From positions 76,319 through 140,318 of the IMG/VR virus record IMGVR_UViG_2645728028_000002: DNA of 64,000 bases; one strand, written 5' to 3'. Both the position numbers and the translations under genes were made by a program. The notes below the pieces were generated by a model, which was not told the origin of the DNA, ran no database searches, and saw only the letters and a program-made list of their open reading frames with translations. This document shows positions 9,102-17,650 of this stretch, piece after piece. The DNA is from a virus (lineage: Duplodnaviria; Caudoviricetes). Position 1 is the first letter of the stretch. Each line of letters begins with the position of its first letter.

Positions 9102-9374
9102 GTGGGAAGAAGAATGGAAACCAGTTGTTTTAAGAGGAGAATATATAGGAATGAAGTGGAGAATAAAATAATCAAACAAGGGAGCATACATATGAAGACG
9201 ATGGATAAGAATCTGTTCATTAAATGGGCAACTAAGCGTATGGAGTTTCTAAAGGATAGAATTGATAGAGATTTTGGTGGAGGCTTGGTTGATGATTTAG
9301 GAAAGTTTAATGAGATTAAGATGATCAAGGAAGCTGCTGAACGTGGTGAGTTTGATATAAAGGTTTGGGAGTGA
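9102..9374 (+). CDS. hypothetical protein (start uncertain)
   Basis: ORF track; an internal RBS suggests a later start. Confidence 0.5.
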   Translation: MGRRMETSCFKRRIYRNEVENKIIKQGSIHMKTMDKNLFIKWATKRMEFLKDRIDRDFGGGLVDDLGKFNEIKMIKEAAERGEFDIKVWE

Positions 9375-9380
9375 TACATA

Positions 9381-9563
9381 GTGACGTTATGGTTCATGTT
9401 TATGGCTGGAATATTGTATTTGTTTAGACTTGATGAACTAGCAACTAATGGAGTAAATGAGTTAATAGGAAAGAAATTTACAACATCAATTTACTGGTTA
9501 ACATTTTTAGTTATCGGATTAGTGTTGGATATTGTTTATGGGATTGTGAATTTATTCAGTTAA
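9381..9563 (+). CDS. small membrane protein
   Basis: Two hydrophobic segments; GGGAG RBS. Confidence 0.55.
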   Translation: MTLWFMFMAGILYLFRLDELATNGVNELIGKKFTTSIYWLTFLVIGLVLDIVYGIVNLFS

Positions 9564-9784
9564 AATCTTTATTTTACTTAGAAAGGAGTGAGAAAAATAA
9601 TACATTTAGCTGCTATTTTAATAGGTATTGTAATTATAGGAGCGATAATTTATTTATTCAACAAACCAGAAATCTTGTTTTACATAGTTATCGGTTGTTT
9701 TGCACTAGGATTTGCTTATATCTTGGGTGGATCAATACTAGGAATTTTATAGATAATAACAGTGTTTTATAAGGAGTTGATATT

Positions 9785-10102
9785 ATGACAAAAGAAGAAT
9801 TATTAAATAGAAAAGAAGCATTAGAATTAGAAATTCAAAATATAGAAAAACAGCTAAGAGTAATGACCAACCTAGAAAAGCCATATGTAGCAAATGTTTC
9901 AGCCTATAGCGGTCATTACTCTATGCAATACAAAACAGAAGCACAAGCTAGAAAGAAACTTAATGAATATGCAGCTAAAACATATTTCAAAAATGGATTA
10001 AATTATGGAGTGTATCTGTATAAATGGAATGAAGATGGATCTAAAACGTTACTAGAGAGTATCCCATTAGGACGAAAGAACTTTGAGCCTAGTTTAGATT
10101 AA
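9785..10102 (+). CDS. hypothetical protein
   Basis: AAGGAG RBS; flanked by repeat sites 9753 and 10104. Confidence 0.7.
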   Translation: MTKEELLNRKEALELEIQNIEKQLRVMTNLEKPYVANVSAYSGHYSMQYKTEAQARKKLNEYAAKTYFKNGLNYGVYLYKWNEDGSKTLLESIPLGRKNFEPSLD

Positions 10103-10346
10103 GATAATATTCATGTTTTATAGTGAGGAGAGTGAAAAATGGTTAATATTCTATACAGTATAGTAGGAATATTTATTATCTATATAGTTATTGCGATTTT
10201 GTGGCAGCTAGCAGAATTAAGACTTTATGGAAAAATAACTCCAAGAAAATTAGATGGTTTAGTAGCAATAATTCTGGCTGTGTCACTGTTCTTTAACTTA
10301 AAATAGTGATATGATACAAATAGTTACTAATCTGAGGTGATTATTT

Positions 10347-10700
10347 GTGACAAAGTTTAAAGATAATCTTTTAATACTTAGAAAAGATAAGGGTTTAACA
10401 CAAGATGATGTTGCGCAATATTTGCAATTATCTAGACCTGCATATAGCAGGTATGAGACTGGTGGAGCAGAACCAACTATAGAAAATCTAATGCTGCTTG
10501 CTGATCTATATAATATATCTCTAGATGAATTAGTGGGTAGAGATTTTAAACAAGATAGTAAAGGGCTGCAAACCATACTTGTTAGAAAACAAATCGATAT
10601 TCAGCTTAGAGGAATTCTACAAGAAACAATTAAAGAAATAGTTGATGAAAAAGAAAATGAAATTCGAGACACTGTTTTAAAGAAATTTGGGTTGCAATAA
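10347..10700 (+). CDS. Xre-family HTH regulator
   Basis: LRKDKGLTQDDVAQYLQLSRPAYSRYETGGAEP...SLDELVGR. Confidence 0.88.
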   Translation: MTKFKDNLLILRKDKGLTQDDVAQYLQLSRPAYSRYETGGAEPTIENLMLLADLYNISLDELVGRDFKQDSKGLQTILVRKQIDIQLRGILQETIKEIVDEKENEIRDTVLKKFGLQ

Positions 10701-10723
10701 AAGAAGACATTTATTAAGAATTT

Positions 10724-10755
10724 AAGATCTGCAGCAATGTGGATCTTTTTATTTT
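10724..10755 (+). terminator. intrinsic terminator ending the first array
   Basis: AAGATCTGCA-gcaa-TGTGGATCTT followed by TTTATTTT. Confidence 0.7.
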
Positions 10756-10786
10756 GGTTAAAATAAGTAAAAGTTTCTTAGAAAAA

Positions 10787-10820
10787 CATTCCAATTTTGC
10801 TTTACAGAAATATTGGATTA
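10787..10820. promoter_or_regulatory. TCCAA-N18-TTGGA box 2, upstream of the repression operon
   Basis: catTCCAA(10790)...TTGGA(10813)tta. Confidence 0.5.
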
Positions 10821-10840
10821 GTGTATTATGTAACTATAAG

Positions 10841-10889
10841 ATAAAATAATTTAATAAATTTGAATAAACGTGTTTAACCTGAGTATAAT
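10841..10889 (+). promoter_or_regulatory. operator plus promoter of the yopPQR-like operon
   Basis: ATAAAATAATTTAATA at 10841, then TTGAAT-18-TATAAT. Confidence 0.6.
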
Positions 10890-10946
10890 ATAGGTATATA
10901 GACAGAGAGAAAATAAAACTATTTGGAGATTAAAGGAGAGACAATT

Positions 10947-11087
10947 ATGCTTGCAGACGTTTTTGGATACATTAGAAGGAACATTCACAACTGGAATTCT
11001 TACCAAATTAAGAAGTCATTAAAGGAAATTAATCAAACGAAGCTACTATTAGAGAAAAAATTAAAAGAACTGGAGGAGGCTGTTTAA
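10947..11087 (+). CDS. small hypothetical protein (46 aa) leading the repression operon
   Basis: AAGGAG RBS; its end carries the RBS of the recombinase gene. Confidence 0.6.
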   Translation: MLADVFGYIRRNIHNWNSYQIKKSLKEINQTKLLLEKKLKELEEAV

Positions 11088-11088
11088 A

Positions 11089-12138
11089 ATGTTGGCTCAA
11101 AATGTAGTTAAACTTAATAACTCTAAGATATATGATCAGATACAGAAATACTTAGATAAACACAGTTATAATAGTGAAAGTACAAAAACAGCATACTTAA
11201 ATGACATTAAATTATTCTTTAGGATTATTAAAAACAAAGAAATTGAATACTTAACAATTGATGACGTACAAATAACCTTGGATGATTTCGAAGACTTTAT
11301 TAAGTACTTATATGACTGGAAAGACGAAGAGGGAAATAAGAAATATGTTAATAAAACAATTAACAGAAAAGTTTCTGCTGCTAAAGGATTAATTAAGTAT
11401 TTATCAGCAAAAAAAATTAATGGAGAATATATTGTAAAAGATATTTCATACTTTCCAAATATAAATTCTTTACCTGAATCAAAGAACCAACACGGAGTTT
11501 TAGAGGCTAGTGAGGTATTTGAAATGGCTGAACTTGCTCTGGGAGAGAGGGAAAAGGGAGAAATAAAGCGATTAGCAATTTTGCTTTCATTAGATAGCTG
11601 CATAAGAAAATCAGCTTTGCTATCTCTTAAATGGTCTAATTTCATTGAGAAAGAAGATGGATACTTACTTCAAGGGGTAGACAAAGGGAATAGTGATTTC
11701 AGACAATTAATATCTAAAGAATTATATAACGAATTGTTATCCATTAGGACTAAATCAGACTGTGTATTTGATATTAGCGCAGATTCTTTGGATGGAATGT
11801 TCAAACGATTACGTGAAAAGATGAAGATTGAACCCAATAGAAGAATAGTGTGGCATTCTATACGTAAATCAGGAATAACTTATAGATATAGATTAACTGG
11901 AGATATATTAGAGGCAAAAAGAGCAGCTAATCATGCGAATATTACCACAACCCAGATATACCTAGAAGAAGAGGATTATGGAGCAATGGGAGCTGTTTCA
12001 TCTAAAGGATACCTTGACATGGATCTATATAAAAAAGTTGATCATGAAATATTACTTGAAGCAATTGAATTGATGAAGAAAGATGCTAAGTTGATTCTAA
12101 ATATGAAAATAAAGGAAATTTTAAAACAAAATAATTAA
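11089..12138 (+). CDS. yopP: tyrosine recombinase, YopP/SroD-like, catalytic residues intact
   Basis: SAM-like N-domain; R (IRKSAL), K (DKGN), HxxR (HSIR), H (ANHA), Y (TTQIY); synteny with yopQ/yopR. Confidence 0.82.
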   Translation: MLAQNVVKLNNSKIYDQIQKYLDKHSYNSESTKTAYLNDIKLFFRIIKNKEIEYLTIDDVQITLDDFEDFIKYLYDWKDEEGNKKYVNKTINRKVSAAKGLIKYLSAKKINGEYIVKDISYFPNINSLPESKNQHGVLEASEVFEMAELALGEREKGEIKRLAILLSLDSCIRKSALLSLKWSNFIEKEDGYLLQGVDKGNSDFRQLISKELYNELLSIRTKSDCVFDISADSLDGMFKRLREKMKIEPNRRIVWHSIRKSGITYRYRLTGDILEAKRAANHANITTTQIYLEEEDYGAMGAVSSKGYLDMDLYKKVDHEILLEAIELMKKDAKLILNMKIKEILKQNN

Positions 12139-12154
12139 CAGAATGGTTTACATT

Positions 12155-12206
12155 CCTGTCTCATTAATTTAGAATTGAGATATACGCTAACGCATAATGA
12201 GACAGG
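12155..12206. repeat. 12-bp perfect inverted repeat with 28-bp spacer
   Basis: CCTGTCTCATTA...TAATGAGACAGG between the recombinase and the yopQ-like gene. Confidence 0.7.
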
Positions 12207-12230
12207 GAGTTAATTGGAAAGGAGATTACA

Positions 12231-13586
12231 ATGAAAACTGCTACAAATAGAACAGATTTAGAGCAAACTTTATCTGAAGTAATTAAATCAGCAAAACTTA
12301 AAAGAAAGAACAATCGTGATACAGAGGATATTAAGGAATATTTAAATAAGAACTATGATATATTCTCTGGTGATATTCAAGGTTGGATTAATGATCCGGA
12401 AGGCGAATTACCTAATTTAGATATAAGAGAGTTATTTTTATTAACTGAGCAAGTTTATGCTAAAACAGGTAATTTATCAATCAACCCTGAAGACTACTTT
12501 ACTGAGGCAGAAATTAAAGAAGCAAGACAATTTAGCGGAATAATGGAACAAAAAGAAAACGAAATTGATTTTCCAATAACTGTTCGGAACGCAACAATAG
12601 TTGGTAATAGTGCATATATGGTAACACTTGATATTAAGACAATTGATCAATTAATTGAAAATCAGTTACTTCATTATAACTATGAACTACAACGTGAACA
12701 TAAAATTGTAAAAAGAAAAGATAAAGTAATCATTGAACCTACATTAAATATGAAAAATGTTAAAGAGATCTCGCAGCATTTAATTGAGGGAACATTAGTT
12801 CCTACAGTATTAGTATTTAATGCTGCTACTCGTTCAGCAGACAAAGGTACAGAATTAGTATTTGATCCTAAAAAACTAGAATTAACTATCACTAAAGGAA
12901 CAAAGATGGACATTGTAGATGGATATCACCGATGCAGAGCTTCACAAAATGCATTACAAGTTAATCCAGATTTGAATTTCAATTTTGCAGTATTAATAAC
13001 AAATTATTCAACAAAAAAAGCCCAGCAGTATCAGGCACAGCTTGCAAAGGCTACGCCTATATCTAAGACACGTATTCAAGAACTAGAAGCTAATCGACTA
13101 AGTGATACTGTCGTTCAACAATTAAGAGAAGAAAGTGATCTGAGAGGAAAGATATCTCAAACAAACAGAATTCATACAATAGGTGATGAATTAGTTGCAT
13201 ATAATGTATTAGCAGATACAATTGATGAGCAATTTAAAATGGAAACAAGAGCTGATGCAGCAGATGTTGGAGATTATCTAACTGAATATTTCAATTTTGT
13301 AATTGGATCTTATCCAGATGAATTTGTTAATAATCCTAATGAAACAAGAAAAGAATCTTTAATCAACGATAACAATATGTTTGTTGGATATATTGTTCTA
13401 GCAAGAAGAATGTTGGAAAAAGATATAAAACCTAAAGAAGTTAGAAAGTATTTAAAGAATATAGATTTCAATAGAGATAATCAATTGTGGCAAGAAATTG
13501 AAGTACTAAATAATAAAGGCAATATTGAGAATACAACCAAGGCTAGAAAAGCCATTAGAGAATATTTTGATCAATTAGATATATAA
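12231..13586 (+). CDS. yopQ: YopQ/SroE-like DGQHR (DndB/ParB-like) domain protein
   Basis: YNYELQR and IVDGYHRCRA motifs; position between two integrase-fold genes as in SPbeta. Confidence 0.75.
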   Translation: MKTATNRTDLEQTLSEVIKSAKLKRKNNRDTEDIKEYLNKNYDIFSGDIQGWINDPEGELPNLDIRELFLLTEQVYAKTGNLSINPEDYFTEAEIKEARQFSGIMEQKENEIDFPITVRNATIVGNSAYMVTLDIKTIDQLIENQLLHYNYELQREHKIVKRKDKVIIEPTLNMKNVKEISQHLIEGTLVPTVLVFNAATRSADKGTELVFDPKKLELTITKGTKMDIVDGYHRCRASQNALQVNPDLNFNFAVLITNYSTKKAQQYQAQLAKATPISKTRIQELEANRLSDTVVQQLREESDLRGKISQTNRIHTIGDELVAYNVLADTIDEQFKMETRADAADVGDYLTEYFNFVIGSYPDEFVNNPNETRKESLINDNNMFVGYIVLARRMLEKDIKPKEVRKYLKNIDFNRDNQLWQEIEVLNNKGNIENTTKARKAIREYFDQLDI

Positions 13587-13634
13587 GAACAAATAATGGA
13601 GATTTTTAAGACAAAAATATAGGGGTAATCTAAT

Positions 13635-14612
13635 ATGAGTAATAAAATATATAATTTAGATATTAAAGAGAAATTTCTATCCACTTATGAAAATGAACAA
13701 ACACAAAACACTTTGAAATATGTTTTTTACAGATCATATTCTGCAGAGGAATTATTAGAAAAAGACCTATATGATTTTACCAGCGATCAAATAAAAAAAG
13801 TAATAAAGAATACTAATCCACATTCATTAGTTACTGCAAAATCAACTACAAGATTTATTACACAGTATATCTCATGGGCAATAGGAGAGGGTTTGAGAAG
13901 CAACCTAAATCCTTTAAAGGGTTTGGATGACTCATTTTATGAAGGATTAATCGATAAGACTAAGAAGATTCATTATAGCAAAGAAGAATTTATAGATCTT
14001 TTAGAGAAGTTACCTAATGCTCAGGATCAGGCTTTCTTAATGTTAATGTTCCATGGGATTATTGGTAATAAATTTGAAGAACTTAGAGAGTTAAGCTATA
14101 ACGATATTGATTGGAACAATAATAAAATAACATTAAGAAAACGTAATAACCAAATAATTGAAGTTGATGATGTAACTATGCGCTATCTTGAAAATGCTCA
14201 TAAGCAGCAAGTTTATTTTACCTACAATGAAAAGAATGGTGAACATAGTGAGCGAGAACTATTACCTAATGAATATATCTTCAAAAGTTTAAAAAGCCCA
14301 AGAGCAAAAGAAGGAGAATCAGTTACACAAGCAGTACTGTATACTAGATTAACTAATATTAAGAAAGAATTTGATCTAGAATATTTAACACCAAATGCGG
14401 TTAAACAGTCGGGAATGATTTTTATGGCTGTTGAGCTATATAATGGGAAGCGGGATAAGTTAGAATATGAAGATTTTGAGAAAATAGGAAAGAAATTTGA
14501 TTATTCAATGCTAAATAACAACGGCTACCAGTATTATAATACAACACTGATGAAGGAATTTTGCAATTCCAAAAATAGCAAAGAACTATACGACATAGAA
14601 ATTGAATATTAA
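13635..14612 (+). CDS. yopR: YopR/MrpR (SroF)-like master repressor with a degenerate integrase fold
   Basis: 325 aa; EELLEKDLYDF, NAQDQA, GII, QSGM motifs; lacks the catalytic R and HxxR; synteny. Confidence 0.8.
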   Translation: MSNKIYNLDIKEKFLSTYENEQTQNTLKYVFYRSYSAEELLEKDLYDFTSDQIKKVIKNTNPHSLVTAKSTTRFITQYISWAIGEGLRSNLNPLKGLDDSFYEGLIDKTKKIHYSKEEFIDLLEKLPNAQDQAFLMLMFHGIIGNKFEELRELSYNDIDWNNNKITLRKRNNQIIEVDDVTMRYLENAHKQQVYFTYNEKNGEHSERELLPNEYIFKSLKSPRAKEGESVTQAVLYTRLTNIKKEFDLEYLTPNAVKQSGMIFMAVELYNGKRDKLEYEDFEKIGKKFDYSMLNNNGYQYYNTTLMKEFCNSKNSKELYDIEIEY

Positions 14613-14624
14613 TTCTCAAAAAAT

Positions 14625-14647
14625 ATCCCTGATCCATTTTCAGGGAT
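14625..14647. terminator. hairpin after the yopR-like gene
   Basis: ATCCCTGA...TCAGGGAT. The A-run on the left favours termination of leftward transcripts. Confidence 0.5.
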
Positions 14648-14768
14648 TACATAAAACTTAATGCAAAATAATCAATTATAAGTTAATGGTGTTTAATTGT
14701 TTTTAAAACTTATTGAAAATAATTAAATGTTATTAACTAGGAAAGATATAATAACAGAAAATTACTTT

Positions 14769-14802
14769 CATTCCAATTTTACAAAATTAAAAAATTGGAT
14801 TT
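14769..14802. promoter_or_regulatory. TCCAA-N18-TTGGA box 3
   Basis: TCCAATTTT(14772)...AAAATTGGA(14799), 9-bp perfect arms. Confidence 0.5.
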
Positions 14803-15001
14803 AAAATCAGAAGAGATATGAAATTGTCAATAAAAAAGTTTTACTTTAGACACATTTTTAACAAATTCGACAAAATAAGACAAAGACACAATGGAAAAAC
14901 TGTAGTAATATGTAAATATTAGTTGGCTTTTCTAAATGGAAGTTCACTATTTAGTGAATGGTAGGAAAGGACTAGGCATAAAACCTTAGCCCTGCTCACC
15001 C

Positions 15002-15214
15002 TTAGAGTTTCCATTCATACAGATCATCAATTGAACATCTTAATACATTGGCAATTATTTTAGCATTAAATAATGACATTGTTCTGGAATTGCTAATGTA
15101 TTCATTGATTTGCTGCTTTGAAATACCAGTTAATTCTGAGAGTTCAATTTGAGACATATCTGCTCTTTTTATTAAATCTAGGAGTAAGCATTTTCCGATT
15201 ATGTCTTTTGGCAT
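15002..15214 (-). CDS. yopS: YopS-like Xre HTH regulator
   Basis: IGKCLL...ELSELTGISKQQINEY...MSLFNAKIIANVLRCSIDDLYEW. GGAGG RBS before ATG 15214; convergent with yopR as in SPbeta. Confidence 0.8.
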   Translation of the reverse strand: MPKDIIGKCLLLDLIKRADMSQIELSELTGISKQQINEYISNSRTMSLFNAKIIANVLRCSIDDLYEWKL

Positions 15215-15363
15215 CGGAAAATCCTCCCAATTAAGAAATTTTAAGGCAATTGTTATCATATCAGTTTATGGATTTAAAGACAACTTTAAATATGTAATAT
15301 TTTCTAATTTAACACATTGTGTTCTATTGCCGTTCGGTTTATAATAGAATTACGAACAAATAG

Positions 15364-15377
15364 CGAACATTTGTTCC
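15364..15377. promoter_or_regulatory. LexA (Cheo/SOS) box
   Basis: CGAAC-ATTT-GTTCC, one mismatch to CGAAC-N4-GTTCG, in the divergent intergenic region. Confidence 0.6.
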
Positions 15378-15456
15378 TTGTAAATAGGAGGCGGATCAAA
15401 AATTTAACAAGGGTTTAAGTTACAATGGGGATAAGTTACTATTATTCATTAATATA

Positions 15457-15684
15457 ATGGGGGAAATAAAATTGAAAAACACTGCTATTGTAAGGCTATC
15501 ACTTGAGCTGCATATCGAGACGGACTTTGATTTAAGAACACTGGTAAATAAACTTCATCCATCAACGGTTGTAAACTTGAAGGTTGCAGAAATTCTTTCA
15601 GCAGATGGTAGCGTACATAATTCAGAAAATGCTACATTGCTGGAGTCCGAAATAATAGAGTTTGAGGATAATAGTGAAGAATAA
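15457..15684 (+). CDS. hypothetical protein
   Basis: ORF track; followed by a GTCACT...AGTGAC hairpin. Confidence 0.6.
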   Translation: MGEIKLKNTAIVRLSLELHIETDFDLRTLVNKLHPSTVVNLKVAEILSADGSVHNSENATLLESEIIEFEDNSEE

Positions 15685-15905
15685 AAAATAGTCACTAAGC
15701 TAGACACTCAGTGACAAAGTGGATATGTACCAGTTAATTGGCAGTTAACTGTTTATGTTAAAACAATATTAACATAAAAGTTAGTAAATTAGAATTACAA
15801 TAATGTAACAAGTTGGTCAAAAAATTATTACATTATGTATAGAATATATGCATTTTTCTTTGTGCATAATATCAATACACAACGTAGTAAAGGGTTGATA
15901 TATAT

Positions 15906-16382
15906 ATGCCTTGGGCTAAAAGAGCATACGAAATAACATTGAAGGTTTACAAAGAAGCACTGGCTGACTTTGTGACGCATCCAAGAAATGAAGATTTAAT
16001 CATAAAGGAATGGCTTGTTAGAGCAGAAGTTCTTAAGCATAATTTTACAAAAAGACAATTTATCATTTTAAATTTTATTTACACATTATCATTTACGTAT
16101 GGTAAAGAACATGCTATTATTCCGAAACTTCAGGACTTCGAACTGGCAGGAATATCTAAAAAGCACATTACTGAAGAATTAAGAAAACTGGAAGCAATGA
16201 ATGTAATTTACTGCAATAGGAATGAAAAGCTGTATAAAATTGAAGAGCCTAGATTTTGGAATGTTCCATATAATGTTGGTTTTAACGATGACAGATCCAG
16301 AGAACTATTTCTTCTTAATTTAAAACATGCTGGTGTGGATATTCAGCCAATAGTTGAAAAGTTAAAAGAGATGGGTTACTGA
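15906..16382 (+). CDS. phage replication-protein-O-like winged-helix protein (N-terminal domain only)
   Basis: FTKRQFIILNFIYTLSFTYGKEHAIIPKLQDFELAGISKKHITEELRKL pattern. Confidence 0.55.
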   Translation: MPWAKRAYEITLKVYKEALADFVTHPRNEDLIIKEWLVRAEVLKHNFTKRQFIILNFIYTLSFTYGKEHAIIPKLQDFELAGISKKHITEELRKLEAMNVIYCNRNEKLYKIEEPRFWNVPYNVGFNDDRSRELFLLNLKHAGVDIQPIVEKLKEMGY

Positions 16383-16456
16383 TATTTTTTTTTACACAAC
16401 GTCCCCAAAATAGGGACTCTGAAAATGGGAGTAACTTACGAACTAAGACAAATCTC

Positions 16457-16532
16457 ACAATAATAATTAGCAGCTCATCAATGTATCTACATCAATGTTT
16501 TATAGGTATATTTGGTGAGCTTTTATTATTGT
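16457..16532. repeat. long imperfect hairpin
   Basis: Nested arms ACAATAATAA/TTATTATTGT, AGCTCATCAA/TTGGTGAGCT, TGTATCTA/TAGGTATA. Confidence 0.65.
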
Positions 16533-16609
16533 AGTAAAATTAAATAATTATATAAAATCAGTGTTTTATCGGATGGGGGAATTAAGTTATAAATAATTGG
16601 AAAAAGTTG

Positions 16610-16638
16610 TTGACTTCTAAAATAAAATAATTTAATAT
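16610..16638 (+). promoter_or_regulatory. sigma-A promoter with operator
   Basis: TTGACT-17-TAATAT overlapping ATAAAATAATTTAATA (16622-16637). Confidence 0.7.
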
Positions 16639-16649
16639 AAAGATAGTTA

Positions 16650-16877
16650 ATGAACGGGAGAGGTGATAAAGTGTTAGCGCTGAGATACATACAAACACTG
16701 ATCAATAACGGACAACAAGCGTTCGATAAAGTAAACAAAGACAATAATGAAATTACTGAGTTGGATATTCAGCAAGCTTTAGGCTTACTTGATCTTGAGA
16801 GGGACTTAGAAGCAGCTAAGATATTGCTTAGGGAAGAATTGAAGGAAAGAAGATTAACAAAGGAGGATGGTTTATAA
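16650..16877 (+). CDS. hypothetical protein
   Basis: ORF track; true start probably the internal GTG after GAGGTG. Confidence 0.6.
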   Translation: MNGRGDKVLALRYIQTLINNGQQAFDKVNKDNNEITELDIQQALGLLDLERDLEAAKILLREELKERRLTKEDGL

Positions 16878-17611
16878 TGAAATATATGCATGATGTATGG
16901 GTAAACTTCTTTGAAAGAGAGGAAAATGGATATAACGTATGTGAATTTCATGAATGGAAAAAGGACGATAGTGTAGAATTAATGGATCAAATACCGTTAT
17001 TAAGAGTCGATAGTGAACTATATAACTATTTATTAAACAGTCTTCAACAAATTCCACAAGAAATACTAAACTTAGTAAGGAATAAATCTTATCTTAGAAA
17101 GAATCACGAAAGAGTACGAGTGGAATATGGATTTATTATTACAGATGGTTTTGATGTATTGGCAATAGAAACTGAAGGATATGATTTCCCACTTAAAAAG
17201 AGTAAATTGATTCCAAGGCAAAGTAGACTTGCTTTAGAATTGGCAGAAGTCAATGATTCAGTAATTAAGATGCCAGACAGTCTTTCTGTTAACAAGGAAT
17301 ATAACTTGCTCTCACCTGATCCAGCTACTATGCAGGGATTGACAAGAAAAGAGCGCTCACTAAAGCAATTACTTTTTATAGGCTTATGCGATCTTAAAGA
17401 AAGTAGAAACTTAGATAAGCTGAGATACGTGTATTCAGAATTTAATATTAATAATTATTCAAATGTAAAAGAATTTGATTTCGATGAATTGTTTAATGCG
17501 TTGATGGAAGAAGTGTCAGATGGATGGTCAGAATCGCATAATGAATTCTGCAAGTTAATTACATATGGTCAAATACATTTAGAAAAATTATATGAAATCC
17601 AATCAAAATAA
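16877..17611 (+). CDS. yjbA: YjbA-like (DUF3603) protein
   Basis: YMHDVWVNFFEREENGYNVCEFHEWKKDDSVELMDQIPLL...KSKLIPRQ...GLTRKER closely resembles Bacillus YjbA. Confidence 0.82.
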   Translation: MKYMHDVWVNFFEREENGYNVCEFHEWKKDDSVELMDQIPLLRVDSELYNYLLNSLQQIPQEILNLVRNKSYLRKNHERVRVEYGFIITDGFDVLAIETEGYDFPLKKSKLIPRQSRLALELAEVNDSVIKMPDSLSVNKEYNLLSPDPATMQGLTRKERSLKQLLFIGLCDLKESRNLDKLRYVYSEFNINNYSNVKEFDFDELFNALMEEVSDGWSESHNEFCKLITYGQIHLEKLYEIQSK

Positions 17612-17650
17612 AATAAAAAGGCGATTTGATTTGAAAAAGGAGATGAAAAA

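Noticed and set aside
10809-10836. dif-like site (TTATGTAACT resembles the XerD arm)
   Set aside because: The left arm bears no resemblance to the Bacillus XerC/CodV arm, and the stretch overlaps the TCCAA-N18-TTGGA box.
12231-13586. DndB implying a DNA phosphorothioation system
   Set aside because: No dndA/C/D/E genes are present; the position matches SPbeta yopQ.
13635-14612. Second active integrase
   Set aside because: The catalytic Arg and HxxR are absent, which fits the MrpR-type repressor.
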